DNA of 64,000 nt from Podarcis pityusensis. Lineage: Eukaryota. A model generated the notes under the pieces. That model had not been told where the DNA came from. It made no database searches and saw only the letters and a program-made list of their open reading frames with translations. A program made the translations under genes and the position numbers. The stretch is from assembly GCA_964106645.2 (NCBI GenBank), contig OZ067042.1; one strand, given 5' to 3'. Below are positions 26,918-39,889 of the stretch, in pieces (position 1 is the stretch's first letter; every line of letters starts with the position of its first letter).

Positions 26918-27328
26918 AATTTCGACATAACAATATATCAAAACATATCATATTCATTATTTTCCCCCTTTTTCCCCATTCCCCATCAAACCCTCCCCCC
27001 CCCGAGACTTCAGCTCCTCTCTCTGATTTCTCAGCTCATGTTATTCTCTGCATATTATAAAATTATATCAATCCTTATATTATCTATCTACCATGTTATC
27101 AATCACTAAATTTGTGTATGTTTATTCAAAACCTGCCAAGGAGTCTGGTTTAATCTGGCCCCTGTGGCAGTTTATTTCCTGCGGTAAAAATCCCCCCCCC
27201 CCAAAAAAAACCCTCAACAACTTCAATCCTAAAAAAAGTCAACAACTTCGGTTGGCCCTTTGGTCAGCCCTCACGGCCCTTCACTTCATCAAATCTGGCC
27301 CTCTTTGAAAAACGTTTGGACAACACTG
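26831..27328. mobile_element. hAT MITE carrying an inserted antisense LINE 3' end with a (TAA)n tail (about 26881-27145)
   Basis: CAGGCATGTCCAAA...TTTGGACAACACTG TIRs; 8-bp TSD gcttatac / cctcatac. Confidence 0.75.
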
Positions 27329-28439
27329 CCTCATACTCTTCCACTGGAGTTATTGTGTTTTAAGAGTGATTATGCCCAAAGATTTCTGAGTTGTTTTTAC
27401 ATTTTTTTAACCCAAAACCCCCCAATGTATAAAAGAAACACAAACAATCCCAATGGAGGAGACAGGGAAATCCAAGGTTAAAACATGCATCAACTCAAAT
27501 TGCTAAATACACCAATTCTGACATTGGGCCAGCTGATTATGTATATCTGCATCCCTAATTAATGCACTCCCCTAAAACAATATGCAGAAAATGCAAGATT
27601 TAATTAAACACAATGCTCACAATCATTCCTATTGTCATATGGAATCTAATAACTGTTTCTTAATGAGCCCTCGAGTCTCATTAACAATGCAGTGTTGTTA
27701 CAACGATATTTTCCCATTCATTTTGAACTCCAAACCACTCCACTGCTAATCCTTGATATGGAAACACAAACTAACTGCAAGAGAAAAGGCTGATGTCAGT
27801 GGCTGGTAACATCAGACACCTGCTAACCCCTCAACAGGGATCTCATTGCTGACCCCCTGGAGTTCCCCAGTCCAGCCCTTCCTCTTCCTTTTTGCCATTG
27901 CTTCTTGGCTCCCCTTCTGTTTCCAGGGATTCAGGAAAAGACAGGAGGCAGCAGAAAGGGCAGCAGCCTCCACTTGCCTTGTCCCTTCCTTCTGACCAGT
28001 AGCATGGATTGGGTCCATAGGTAAACAGGTGGACCATGGTGGCAAAGGTGGCAACTTTCAGGGCACACTGAAGGTGTGTTGCCCATGGGTGTACCTCGCC
28101 ACCCAAATATATAAAATGCTGGAGTTTGGCACAGTTGTTAGTGCAAATGGAAGAATGATTGTGGCTGCAGCTCCACACCTGCACCAAGCTATAATTCCTC
28201 TGCCTAATGTCCAGTCTACATGTGCAGAAAAAGCATATGGTTTCACTCTTCCACTTTAGGCAGCAAGAGAGGGATTACATGTTTGGATGTTCCACTTTTT
28301 AAGAAACAAATGAAAGTGGAAGTGTCGTGGGCAGACGCATGGAACCTTGCATTTTGGTGTGTTTATTTTCTCCATGCAGGGAGCTTTTCATGCCAGAGAA
28401 AAGTAATCCTTCACTGCACCAGTACAGACTCAGGAGAGC

Positions 28440-28481
<42 letters not shown>

Positions 28482-28572
28482 CTTTATTATTTATACCCCA
28501 CCCATCTGGCTGAGTTTCCCCAGCCACTCTGGGCAGCTCCCAATCAAGTGTTAAAAACAGTACAGCGTTAAA
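28440..28572 (-). mobile_element. L2 3' tail with a (TAA)n microsatellite
   Basis: Reverse complement of the GCCCAGAGTGGCTGGGGAAAC...CAGATGGG tail seen at 44110-44200. Confidence 0.85.
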
Positions 28573-29032
28573 TGGTATTCCATATGGTTTGGCTGATCAC
28601 ATTGTTTGACACTTTAGTGATACTTGTAGAAAATCAAAGCAGCATTTATTTTAGGTAACAGTAGCCAGAGAAGCAGCTGATTTGAATCAGAATAGGGAGA
28701 AGGATTTAGCCCTTAACATACACACAAACCCTGCAAAATTGATTCCCTGGTGTAAATTGTCCCCATGGAGCTGCTATTAGCTGTGAAGTCATATTAGATA
28801 TGATACATAAGCACACCCTTATTGTCCTTTCAATTTGGACAGGGCAGACCACCCAGTCCAAATACAGGAGATGTGTAATCCCCACTCACCTGTGTGTCAC
28901 ATATAGCTTGACTTGCTCTAAGGTCTGAGAATTTGATTTACCATCAACACATTTCTTCTTAAGACACTGGAAATGCCACATCCAATAAAAGCGAGTGCTT
29001 AAAACGGTTTCATTATGTTGGGCCTGCGATAG

Positions 29033-29242
29033 TTTTGTCTACAGGGTTGGATCTCTTGGACCTGAGCGAACCAGTCTCCCAAACCCAAAACAAAGTGAAA
29101 AAGTTGGAGAATTCCTCAAGAGGGGAAAGCTTGAAGGCTTCAACTCACAGGAAAAAGGCAGACAATCCAGACCTTATCAGTGTGGATGCTGAGCAGAAAA
29201 TCCAGCCTGCCAGAGCTCCCGAGAAGTCATCATTGGATTTAG
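29033..29242 (+). CDS. PEX5L: PEX5L exon 6: VLSTGLDLLDLSEPVSQTQ...APEKSSLDL
   Basis: gatag|TTTTG...TTAG|gtactt; 210 nt, phase 1-1; overlaps ORF 29035..29250; an alternative start at 29045 is possible. Confidence 0.92.
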
Positions 29243-29669
29243 GTACTTAGCATCTTCGATCACCAGCTACAACTTCCCCATTTTTCACATGCTTTGCTTT
29301 TCCCTCACTCTTTGAGGCCTTGCTTGACTGCAGGGCTTGGGCTTCAGGAAGCCAGGCTGGAACACAGCCTGTCGAGATACTCATTGCATGCAGATGTGGG
29401 GTGCCTTTGGCCATCCAGATGTTGATGAACTACAAGTGAGTAGCTGGAGGGCATGCAATAGTGGTTCGTGATGTTGAGCCCTCTGGTTAGTAGGAAGCCT
29501 CTGCGATTGCTAAGCCTGATACAAGGAATCAGAGCTAGGGGAAGGTAGACTTGGAGGTCTTGAAGCAGAGAGTGGATAGCCATCTATTAGGGACACTCAT
29601 GCTCTGGATTCCCTGCATTGAGCTGGGGACCTTAGACTGTACAGTCTGCAGTGCGCCCTCCTGCTCTAT

Positions 29670-30450
29670 GGCCTCATCCACACCATATATTAAAGCAGTA
29701 TTGTACCCCTTTGATCAAGTATGGCTTTCCCCAAAGAATCATGAGAGCTGAAGTTTGTGGTGCTGAGAGTTCTTATGAGACCCCTATTGCCCTGCTCACA
29801 GAGCTACAATTCCATGATGAATCCCTCTTCTCGGAAAACTCTGGGCATTAATAATAATAATAAATTTAATTTATACCCCGCCCTCCCTGGCCAGAGCCGG
29901 GCTCAGGGCGGCTAAGACCAATAAAATTACAATAAAAACATAATGGGGGGGGGGACCAATTTAAAATACAATTTAAAATGCAGCCTCATTTTAAAAGTAG
30001 CCCATAGATCAAAACCATAAGGGGAGGGAAACATAAGGGTCAGACTGAGTCCAAACCAAAGGCCAGGTGGAACAGCTCTGTCTTGCAGGCCCTGGGGAAA
30101 GATGTCAAGTCCCGCAGGGCCCTAGTCTCTTGTGACAGAGTGTTCCACCAAGTCGGGGCCAGTACTGAAAAGGCCCTAGCCCTAGTTGAGACGAATCTAA
30201 CCACCTTGCATCTTGGGACCTCCAAAATGTTGTCATTTGTGGACCTTAAGGTCCTCCGCGGGGCATACCAGGAGAGGCGGTCCCATAGGTACGTGGGTCC
30301 TAGGCCGCACTGTACCTTTGTGTGGGGAATGCGGGTCTCCTAACAACTCTCAGCACCCTTTACAAATGACACTTTCCAGGAATTGGGGGCTGGGGACCAT
30401 GATTGTTAAAGTGGTATGATAATTCCTTAAATGCATGGTGCAGGTGTAAT
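29670..30450. mobile_element. Palindromic MITE-like element split by an antisense L2 3' fragment (about 29849-30305)
   Basis: Arms match the copy at 33112-33751; the insert encodes RAFSVLAPTWWNTL...KTELF. Confidence 0.75.
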
Positions 30451-31083
30451 GATACAATGATCCCTACTTAGTTGAAAGAGCAGTACTTTCTGCATTGATT
30501 CCTGCACTGCAGAGGATTGGACTAGATAACCTTTGGGATCCCTTCCAACTCTGTGATTCTGCTAGCTGCACAGCAGACATCCATTTCAATTCCTCCAGGC
30601 CTTTATTTGGAAACAGCTGCTCACAGCGCCAGCTTGGCCCTAGAACTCTTTTTCATGTAGTTGCACTTTTTCTTTAGCTTTCCTTTCTGCTTGGGATGCT
30701 TTTCTGCCAATACCTGCTGTGCTTCCCTAGTTTTTAAAAGCTGAACACCTTGGAAGGTACTTGCCTCCCCTCACACCTACCCTCAAGGCAAGGCCTGCAT
30801 GGAAATACTCTTGAATTTGGGAGCTAAGCTGGGAAAGGTTGCTCAAAAGTCTCTGATAGGCATTTGAGGGTGTTGGAGCTGGTATCACTTTGGGGTTGCG
30901 ATTGTGTGTCTCTGTCCCAATTAATTTCTGGCTTGAAATTGGAGCCATCCTAGGGAGAATTTGTAGAACTACCCTCTGTCATGCCTCACCATTTTCCTTG
31001 TCATGCTTCCATGAATCCCAGTTTGCGTTACCGGGCTTAAAAATGAGGGCAGGAAGTATCGCCCTCATGGCTTCAGAGCAATA

Positions 31084-31311
31084 CAGTCGTACCTTGGAAG
31101 TCAAACAGAATCTGTTCTGGAAGTCCATTCAACTTCCAAAACATTCAGAAACCAAAGCACGTTCCTGCAGCCAATCAGAAGCCACGGAAGCCCCATCGGA
31201 TGTTCAGGTTCCAAAGAACATTCGCAAACCAGAACACTCACTTCTGGGTTTGCGGCATTTGGGAGCCAAAACGTCCGAGTACCAAGGCGTTCAGGATGCA
31301 AGGTAAGACTG
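31084..31311. mobile_element. Tigger-like MITE
   Basis: TA|CAGTCGTACCTTG...CAAGGTAAGACTG|TA. Confidence 0.85.
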
Positions 31312-31960
31312 TATTAGGGTATCACAAAGCCAGTTAAGAGTGAGAACAAACAAACAAAATTCCCTTCACTATGCATTCTGCTGGTTAAAAAAATGACAAC
31401 CAGTAGAACATTGGTATTCCTGGGAGTGTGGTTGTTGTTGCATGGTTGTTCATATTCACATACATCATCATTATCATCATCAAAATGCTCCCCAGCTTCT
31501 CAGCATGCAAGAAAGGGTGCTGAAAGTAGGAGAGGCTTTTGAGTTAAACCCAATTTTTGTAAAAGAGACAGATGCAACAAAACACACACATGTCTCCAGT
31601 CCTCTCTCCTCACAAGGAAACTGTCCCTGTAAATCTTCCCCATCGCTTAGGAAAGTGGCAGGTGCAAAAGCTATTTTGAATGAAATGACCTTTAGCAAAG
31701 TCGCAGTGATTTCCCGAAGTGTCATGTCTGTGTGAAATGCGACCATTTGTGCAAATGTATTGTTGGCTCTCAAGCTCGTCTTGTCCTTAGCTGTAACAAC
31801 ACTGATAACAATAAGAGCAGCATATAGCTTGGAGTGGATGAGATTTATTTTTTAGCTCCACAGAGTGACTGTTTCCTCCCTGAACTTGTTTGGCTCTGGA
31901 ATGAAAGCAATGTATTCCTGAGCCCTTGCGAGAGATCTTGTTTTCTTTTCTCCTTCTCAG

Positions 31961-32087
31961 TCAATATCCAGGCGCAGCTAGAGAAATGGGATGATGTGAA
32001 GTTTCATGGAGACAGAGCCAGCAAAGGCTTCCCAGCACCTGAGAGAAAACCTTCATCTACTAGAGTTCCATCAAAAGAATTTCTATG
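31961..32087 (+). CDS. PEX5L: PEX5L exon 7: VNIQAQLEKWDDVKFHGDR...PSKEFLW
   Basis: ttctcag|TC...CTATG|gtaaaa; 127 nt, phase 1-2. Confidence 0.95.
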
Positions 32088-32183
32088 GTAAAACATACTT
32101 ACCAGCTTTTGCAACACGGCCGGCCCTGCTGTTGTGCAGGGTGAAGCATCCTGCCTCGGGCAGCAGGTTCAGAGCTACCATTA

Positions 32184-32838
32184 TTATTTTATTATTATTT
32201 TATTATTATTTTTATTTTTTTATGTTTTATTCAAGTTTAGGATTTTTACATACATTATATTATCTCGTTCCAATTTTAAATTTTCCATACAATTATTTCC
32301 TTTCCCTCCCTCCCCCCCCCCCATATCCATTGGAAGGGTGCAAACAATTATCCTCAGCCGTGGGCATAGCGTCTTTAGTTTCCACCGAATGTCTTTTGTT
32401 CCAGTAGTTTTTATCCATTGAAGACAGGGGTTCCATCTGTTCCTTATCGTGGTGGACTTGACCTTCCACATTGTTTCCTGTGACATGACTGCGACAATGT
32501 CCGACTGAATAAGTTCAAACAAATAACTATTCCATGCCTCAACTGTCCTTTTTTCCTCTGTCTTTCCAACCTAAAGCTATCATTGCCTTTCCCGCTAATA
32601 TCATAGCTTTGAAGGTACACTGGTCACCTTTCTCTATAACCGTGTTTCCAAGTATACCCACTGTCATGAAATCAAAGTCTATTGAAAGCTTCACTTTAAA
32701 AATTTCATTAATAACCTTTAGGATTTTATTCCAGAATTTCTTTACCTCTGGGCATTCCCAGTACATATGGGGAAACCATCCCTTGGCTTGTTTACAGTGC
32801 CAACAATTAGAATTCAGTCCTGCAACCATATTAGCTAG
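32184..32838 (-). mobile_element. 5'-truncated L1-clade LINE (ORF2 C-terminal CCHC region, 3' UTR, A-rich tail)
   Basis: ORF 32539..32871 has CWHC...HMYWECP; perfect 14-bp TSD CAGAGCTACCATTA (32170-32183, 32839-32852). Confidence 0.9.
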
Positions 32839-33111
32839 CAGAGCTACCATTAAAGGATAGCAAACTGTCATGTATTAATGGCAGGGATGGCCAATTCATC
32901 ATGCGCCCATGGCTTTCTTGGCATTACTATTCCCAGAGGTAGGAGGGCGAAGATATCCATCTGCTGCTTCCAGATTTTGCAAGGACTCTTTCCTAGGAAA
33001 TGAAATGGTGCTTGCAAAGAGATCACTGGGGCAAGCCTCACAGCAGCAAAAGGGACAACTTTACAATAGCGTTCAATGTTTTGGGCATTATTCCTAATTG
33101 AATTGCATTTC

Positions 33112-33751
33112 AGTTCACACCCCGCTGTACGTTTAATGCACTCTTATACCACTTTAAGAGTCATGGTTTCCCTCTGCCCCAGTATCCTGGGAACTGTAGT
33201 TTGTTAAGGGTCTCCTAGCAACTCTCGGAAGTGAAAGCTGGACCATAAAGAAGGCTGATTGCCGAAGAATTGATGCTTTTGAATTATGGTGCTGGAGGAG
33301 ACTCTTGAGAGTCCTATGGACTGCAAGAAGATCAAACCTCTCCATTCTGAAGGAAATCAGCCCTGAGTGCTCACTGGAAGGACAGATTGTGAAGCTGAGG
33401 CTCCAGTACTTTGGCCACCTTATGAGAAGAGAAGTCCCCCTGGAAAAGACCCTGGTGTAGGGAAAGATGGAGGGCACAAGGAGAAGGGGATGACAGAGGA
33501 CGAGATGGTTGGACAGTGTTCTCGAAGCTACCAACATGAGTTTGACCAAACTGCGGGAGGCAGTGGAAGACAGGAGTGCCTGGCATGCTCTGGTCCAGGG
33601 GGTCACGAAGAGCCGGACACGACTAAACGACTAAACAACAACAGCAACTCTCAGCAGCCTTAACAAACTATAGTTTCTAGGGTTCTTTGGGGAAAGCCAT
33701 GACTCTTAAATTGATGAAAGATTGGTTTAAGCATATGGTGCGGATGCGACC
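33112..33751. mobile_element. Palindromic MITE-like host of the Bov-B insertion
   Basis: Inverted arms TTAAGAGTCATGG...CCATGACTCTTAA. Confidence 0.75.
33227..33642 (+). mobile_element. Bov-B (RTE) LINE 3' end
   Basis: Encodes SWTIKKAD..RIDAFELWCWRRLLRV; (CAA)n tail; 10-bp TSD AGCAACTCTC (33217-33226, 33643-33652). Confidence 0.93.
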
Positions 33752-34080
33752 TCAAAAAGCTTTTCTTAAAACAAAACAAAACCCCCACCTTTGCTACTGA
33801 CTTTGCTCACTTTCACAGAAACACTACTGTTGCTCCTATCTACAACATCTGCGAGGACAGAACCATTTTTCTCTCACCACAAGCCTGGGAATTATAACGA
33901 GTTGTGCCAAAAGCAATCATATCACTGCCCTTTCTTCCTCTGTTCACTGTTTTGCACATACTTAGGATCACGAAGCATGCATCCTACGATGTAGGCAAGG
34001 CTCTGTGTGCTTTTGTCCCAAACGCATCTGCTCTGCCGTTATTGCAATGACGGGGCCTACAAATCCTTTCCCTCCCTTAG

Positions 34081-34189
34081 GTCTGCAGAGAACAGGTCCC
34101 AGTCAGAGTTGGCCACTGTCAAGACCGCACTGGAATCTGACTCAGCCTCGGATATAGAATTAGCGCCTGCTCCTGCACTTGCACCAAAG
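34081..34189 (+). CDS. PEX5L: PEX5L exon 8: SAENRSQSELATVKTALESDSASDIELAPAPALAPK
   Basis: cccttag|G...CCAAAG|gtaaga; 109 nt, phase 2-0. Confidence 0.93.
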
Positions 34190-34865
34190 GTAAGAGGTCA
34201 GCGTCATTTGGGCAAGTTCTTCGTTCAAGGAAGGCTTTTCCCAGCTGGTGTCCTCCAGCTGCTTTGGACTACAACTCCCATCAGCCCCAACGGGAGAAAA
34301 GCAGCTAAATTTATTTCTTTGGCGGGGGAATGGATTTCAGCACATCACTCCCTCTGCCTTTTCTCTGCTCTAAGCGATGTATAATAACATCCATGCTTAG
34401 TTAGTTGACCATTAGTAAAAGGTACGTTGTATCAATAATCATTTTAATTTCTGGGGATTTATAGGAATTCAGAGGGAGAAAGTGTGTTGGGGCAAACATT
34501 AGCGTAGCGGGTGGTGAAATGTTCTTTGGCCTGGCGACAACCCCTGAACAACTCTTCTGGGCAAACATGTCAGCAGTGTGTGTGGCCAACCTCCCGCTCC
34601 TGAGAATACTCTCATATGCATACATGAATATATACAATACACACACGGGATCTGTGCGCTGTCAGGCAAGCAGGCACACCCTCAGCTGATTGGCACATAT
34701 AAGCAGAAGAGGGAATTAATCCGCCCTTCCAGACATCAAATGATCAGTCTGATGACTGGGGAGCAAAGAGATTTGCATCCTCTTTCTGCCCACTCCAGTG
34801 CCTACTTTAATTTTTATTCTCATTGCTACTGCCACCAAAACCATGGGAGATGAGATCAGATCTTT

Positions 34866-35231
34866 GGGACAGGGTTTAGCCACCCACTATGTAAACCAGT
34901 GAGCCTTGGGCTTGCCAATCAGAAGGTCGGCGGTTCGAATCCCTGCGATGGGGTGAGCTCCCATTGCTTGGTCCCAGCTCCTGCCAACCTAGCAGTTCGA
35001 AAGCATGTCAAGGCGCAAGTAGATAAATAGGTACCACTCCGGCGGGAAGGTAAACGGTGTTTCCGTGTGCTGTTCTGGTTTCGACAGAAACAGCTTAGTC
35101 ATGCTGGCCACATGACCCAGAAAAACTGTCTGTGGACAAACGTTGGCTCCCTCGGCCAGTAAAGCGAGATGAGCGCCGCAACCCCAGAGTCGTTCACAAC
35201 TGGACTTAACTGTCAGGGGTCCTTTACCTTT
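34866..35231 (+). mobile_element. Sauria SINE; the only sense-oriented copy, with a damaged 5' head
   Basis: GGTTCGAATCC B box; ACCTTT tail. Confidence 0.9.
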
Positions 35232-38200
35232 GTCTTTTATGTTAGAAGGAGGATACTTAGGACCATCTCTCCATGACATGAATCCTACAGATGACCAGGA
35301 TTTGCCAGTTTGTTGTTGCTTCTATCATTCGTGTGCTGCTTCACATAAGGCTCTGGAAAGTCAATTGCAAGGTAGGGGTGGGGGGGGGGGAGATTACCAC
35401 CAGTTGGCTGTTGGAAAAACATGAGATTTTTTGACACAACACTTCCTTGCCATAAATACTCTTATGGGCATAAATCAGAGTGACTGCAGCTCAGCTCTTG
35501 CAGACGTGCTGGAAGATTGATACTGCAGTAAAAATAAAAAAGACCGCGTAACCAAAACATTGGCCCATTTCCTAAGTGGTGAGCTTTTTAACGTCCGGTA
35601 CTTAAATTCATTTTAAGGAATGTGGTGGGATTTTATTGCTTTTAATAGAACTAAAATTCAGCCTGCTTATCATACAGGTCCAAGCACCTGATGGTCCCAG
35701 CACAGCATGGTCAAGGGCAGCGCAGACGAACTAGGGTGATCAGCTGTGCCACCACACAGAGGAGTGGAGTGGACTTCTACACTCTCTCCCTCTCTCTATA
35801 TATATAATGCATTCATATCCCACCTTCTCCAAAGAGCTCACAATGGTATATGCGGTTCTTCACCCTCCCTTTTTTTCCCCTTACAACAACCTTGTGAGGT
35901 TGCACAACAGAAGCATTCTGGGATAGTTCCAAGTGAATAGTTCCTGGGATAGTTCCTGGATAATTCCAGGCCTTTCCTCCTTTTTGTATCCGTACATGAC
36001 TCACAGAAAGGCATTCCATATGCTCTTTTGAAAAATTCGCATATTCAGATCTGCAGGTAGAAAATCTGTTGAGACACCCAGAGGGGAGCTTTCTCTAAGT
36101 TCAGGGAACGGGTTGTTGTTGTTGTTGTTTTGTCCTGTTTATTTAAGGGGAATGTAGCCTTCTCTTGTCACTAGCACAGAATGGATGCAGAAATGTGGCA
36201 AATTCAATGTAAGAATGGAAAAAAATTAGGAACTGATAGAAACTGAAACTGACAGATTTGCCTACCCCGCCCCTTAGCCATGGAGTGGGGGGAACAATTC
36301 CCCCTTAGGGAGTGGGGAACTAAACCTCACCTCCCCAGGCACCAAAATCCCAATGTAAAGACAAAAACAGACTACATGCTACACATCTAGTTTGTTAGGC
36401 AATTTGACCATCTTTTAACACCTACCGTGCTTCCTTTTTCAAATCTTCAAAAGGCCCTCGTATTGAATCTTGAGCATTTTTATTAATCTTAACAGTTTAA
36501 AATGCCACAAAGGTTGAAATTAATATTAACAGCTGATAGATTATTATCAAAAGGATTTTAATCCAAGTATTGCTTATCAGATGCCAGCCCTAGTTGTGAC
36601 TCAGTAAGGTTGTAACTCGGAAGTAAGCCCCATTGAACTCTGTGGGATTTACTGCTGGGTCCACATGCAAAGGGTCAAGCTGACAGGCTGTAATGCTCTC
36701 CATGCTGGTTAAATGCTATTTATCTCTGTGGGATTTAAACTGCCCAACCGTGAAGGGAATTGCAGCCTTTTCCTTTGGAGTGAGACAGGGCCTGTTATAT
36801 CTGACACCCACAATATGGTGTTGCTGTGACAGATTCGAACTTTGCAGCTTCCATTGCGTAACTGAAAAGATTCTCTGACATCTTGGCTGCTTAGAAACAC
36901 TTTAAATGATGCCCTCAGGGTCTCTGTTTCTCAGATTGTTCGTCTGCATGCACAAAGCAAATCATGCCCTTCATATTTAACTCCAAGCTCATGCATCTGT
37001 CATCTACCTAATCCAGACTTCCTCAACATGGTGCCCCCCCATCTACTTTGGACTACAATTCCCATCAGCCCCAGCCAGCATGGGTGGTTGGGGGCAGCTG
37101 AGCTAAGTGCTAGAGTTCATCTTGTCAAAAATTCCACAATTCCGCACGTGTGGTTCCTTGGAGATCCTCTTTGCCATTCATTCTTCACAATGCTCAGAGA
37201 TTCCACATCTTGCTTAGATTACGGGAACAAGGAAATCCAAGCATGTCATCCTCCCATTCTGTCTTTTAAGCATGGAAATAATTGTGGTGGCATGTAGTGT
37301 TGTAGTGGAGCTACATACCTGCTCTCCTGACACCAACATCACCAGGAAGGGACAGATAGTAGTAAGGTCTGGGCCCCATAAGTGCTCCAACGGGAGCACC
37401 AGATTGTTCCCACTGATGCACTCACACAACCTTGACTTATTGGCCCCTCTGCCCTGCCACTGGCCCATCCAGGTAAGCAACAGTTCTGGTGTCAAGAAGG
37501 TAGCTTCACAGCTCTGCCCCACCATGTACTCAACTACTGATTTGTCCTTTATCATTTACAAAGACATGATCCATCATCCCACCTGTGGGAAGTCCCATAG
37601 AGCTCAGTGAAGCTCTTTCCCCTCCTTCTCTTTCCATAAAAGCCCTAAGTCTGACACAGAACACATGGCCATCATCAATGCTCCTCTCAATAATACTTAA
37701 CTGTTCTATATATTATCTCCCATGCTGTGCGGTGGATGGGGGGGGGGTGACTGAAGCTGAAAGAGATTGGCTTGCCTATGGCCACCTAATGAGGTCAGGG
37801 CAGAGACAAGATATGAACCAGAGACTTCCTAATTTGTAGCTCAGTCTTTTAGTAGTTACACTGCACCAACTGTCTCGTTCCTCTCCAATGCCCTGTGTGA
37901 AGGTTGCCCATATTTAACCTGTGCAGTGGCGAGGAGCAGACTGGCCAAATGTGATGGGCATGCATAAAGAGAGCTCATGCCATCATTTTGTAAAAGAAAG
38001 GTGTCAGTGTCGTGCCTGATCACAGTACTGGGCTTAATTCTCTGCCAATTCTATGTTCCGCGGGAGAACCAAAACCATGCAAACACCAGCTGTCCTTGGC
38101 TTTTAGATTGTGGATCTTAGATAACCTGCTCAGCACACTGTATGCTTTGCTTATACGTTCATGCTGCAAAGCCATTTTACTCTGAGACTATAATTTCAGA

Positions 38201-38856
38201 CATGCTTACCTGGGAGTAATTCCCCCTGAGCTCAATGGGCTTACATCTGGGTAGACACATATAGTACTGGAATTTAAAGTGATCCTAGTAGGGATTGCAT
38301 TGCATGTACGTTGGTAACCTTAACATCCTCTGACCACTTCCTTTTTCAGTACTGTTCAGTGCAAGGTTGATGGACACCTCCTACCCCCCACCTCCCCCCA
38401 AAATCAGTCTGGACTCATTTTAATGCAACAGAAATTATAGCCAGCATGAAAACAGCTCATTGCAATTGAATAACCCCCAAGGATAATAATAATAATAATG
38501 CATAATTATGTAAGTGGAAGCTGTTGTGATCTGCTGTTGGGCAGGCATCTGGCTAATGAGTTTAACCTCAGACAAGTGTGGGGTCAGGAGCTTAGCAGAA
38601 TCAAGGCTTTTTAGGTCATTGCACTATTTTTCCTCCCAGTGAAAGAGGATGTTTCTTTTCACTGTGATCATGAATTCAGAAGTTTTTTTCATGAAAGGGT
38701 GCTTATAAACTTGCATTGTACTTTCCCCATGGGGAGAGTACTGGGAAGGAAGCTGAACAAAGGAAGCAGCCAAGAATAGCAGAGAAATGACAAATCACTC
38801 CTGTTCAGGCAAAATGGAAAGCAAACGCAAAAAACTTTGCTCCATCAAGCAAGCTC

Positions 38857-39583
38857 AGGTGCTTGGAACGTTAAGATGAACTAGTTCAAGTTCATCCTGT
38901 ACCAAAAATGAACTAGTTCAAGTTCACCCAAGTGAACTTTTTAATTCATAAAATAATTAATCAGCAGAAAAGTTTTACTTCGGTATTCTGAGTGTTACCA
39001 GCTGCTGGGCTGAAGTATAGGGTCAACAACTAAATCAGGGACCACAAACAAGGAATATGATCTCTGCCAGACATAATTTCAGCTAGTGAAGCTATGATTC
39101 TAGTATTTCCATACTAGAAAACATTGCTTAATTTGTGCCAGGCACACAACTGTTAAAGGCACAAGGCATCATTCAATTAGTTCCTATTTGTATACTTTTC
39201 AATTGCAGGTAAGATACAGGAAATTCCTCCTATCCCTTCCTTCTGGTTGCTTAGCAATAATGACTAAGTGGTTAAGTACCCTTAGCAACAACAGCACCTC
39301 CGGATCTGCCTAATAAACCTTGGAACACTCCACTACGTTTTGTTTTATAACTTATAGGAGTCCAGTTGTCTTACTTTTCTTTATTTACTGAAAGCTAAGA
39401 GACTAGGCCTCCTACAGGGTGGAGCAGATAAACTTGAAGTTGTTCAAAGTTCTACCCCACAGTAAACCTAATGCACCTTTAGTTCACCTGGCAGTTTTGG
39501 GAACTACTTTCAGGTGTAATTCAGAGATTCTTGAAACAGCTTAGGAAACTTCATTTAAGTGAACAAATTTACTCCAAGCACTT
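38857..39583. mobile_element. Possible old non-autonomous DNA transposon with AAGTTCA/TGAACT subterminal repeats
   Basis: GTGCTTGGA...TCCAAGCAC inverted ends; repeated GAACTAGTTCAAGTTCA; interior continuity uncertain. Confidence 0.45.
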
Positions 39584-39889
39584 CCAAACGTCTACCTCGG
39601 TTGGTTTTGTCATTTTTTGAAAGGATTATCTGACTGGTAAGAAGTGAACAAGTGTATGGCCACGCTAGCTGGGGCTGATGACAGTTGTAGCACAAAATAT
39701 CTGGAGAGCACCAGGCTGCTGAAACTCTTCTAGATTTTGTAATGGGGTGACAACTGCAGCAGACAGGATAGCATCTGCAGTAGACAGCCTTTAAATATCA
39801 ATGGGCTTCTGTTGAATATTGAGGGCTGCATGACATCATGCATGTTACCCTCTGCTGAGGGTTTGTTGACTTTTTTGTCTGAAAGGAGC

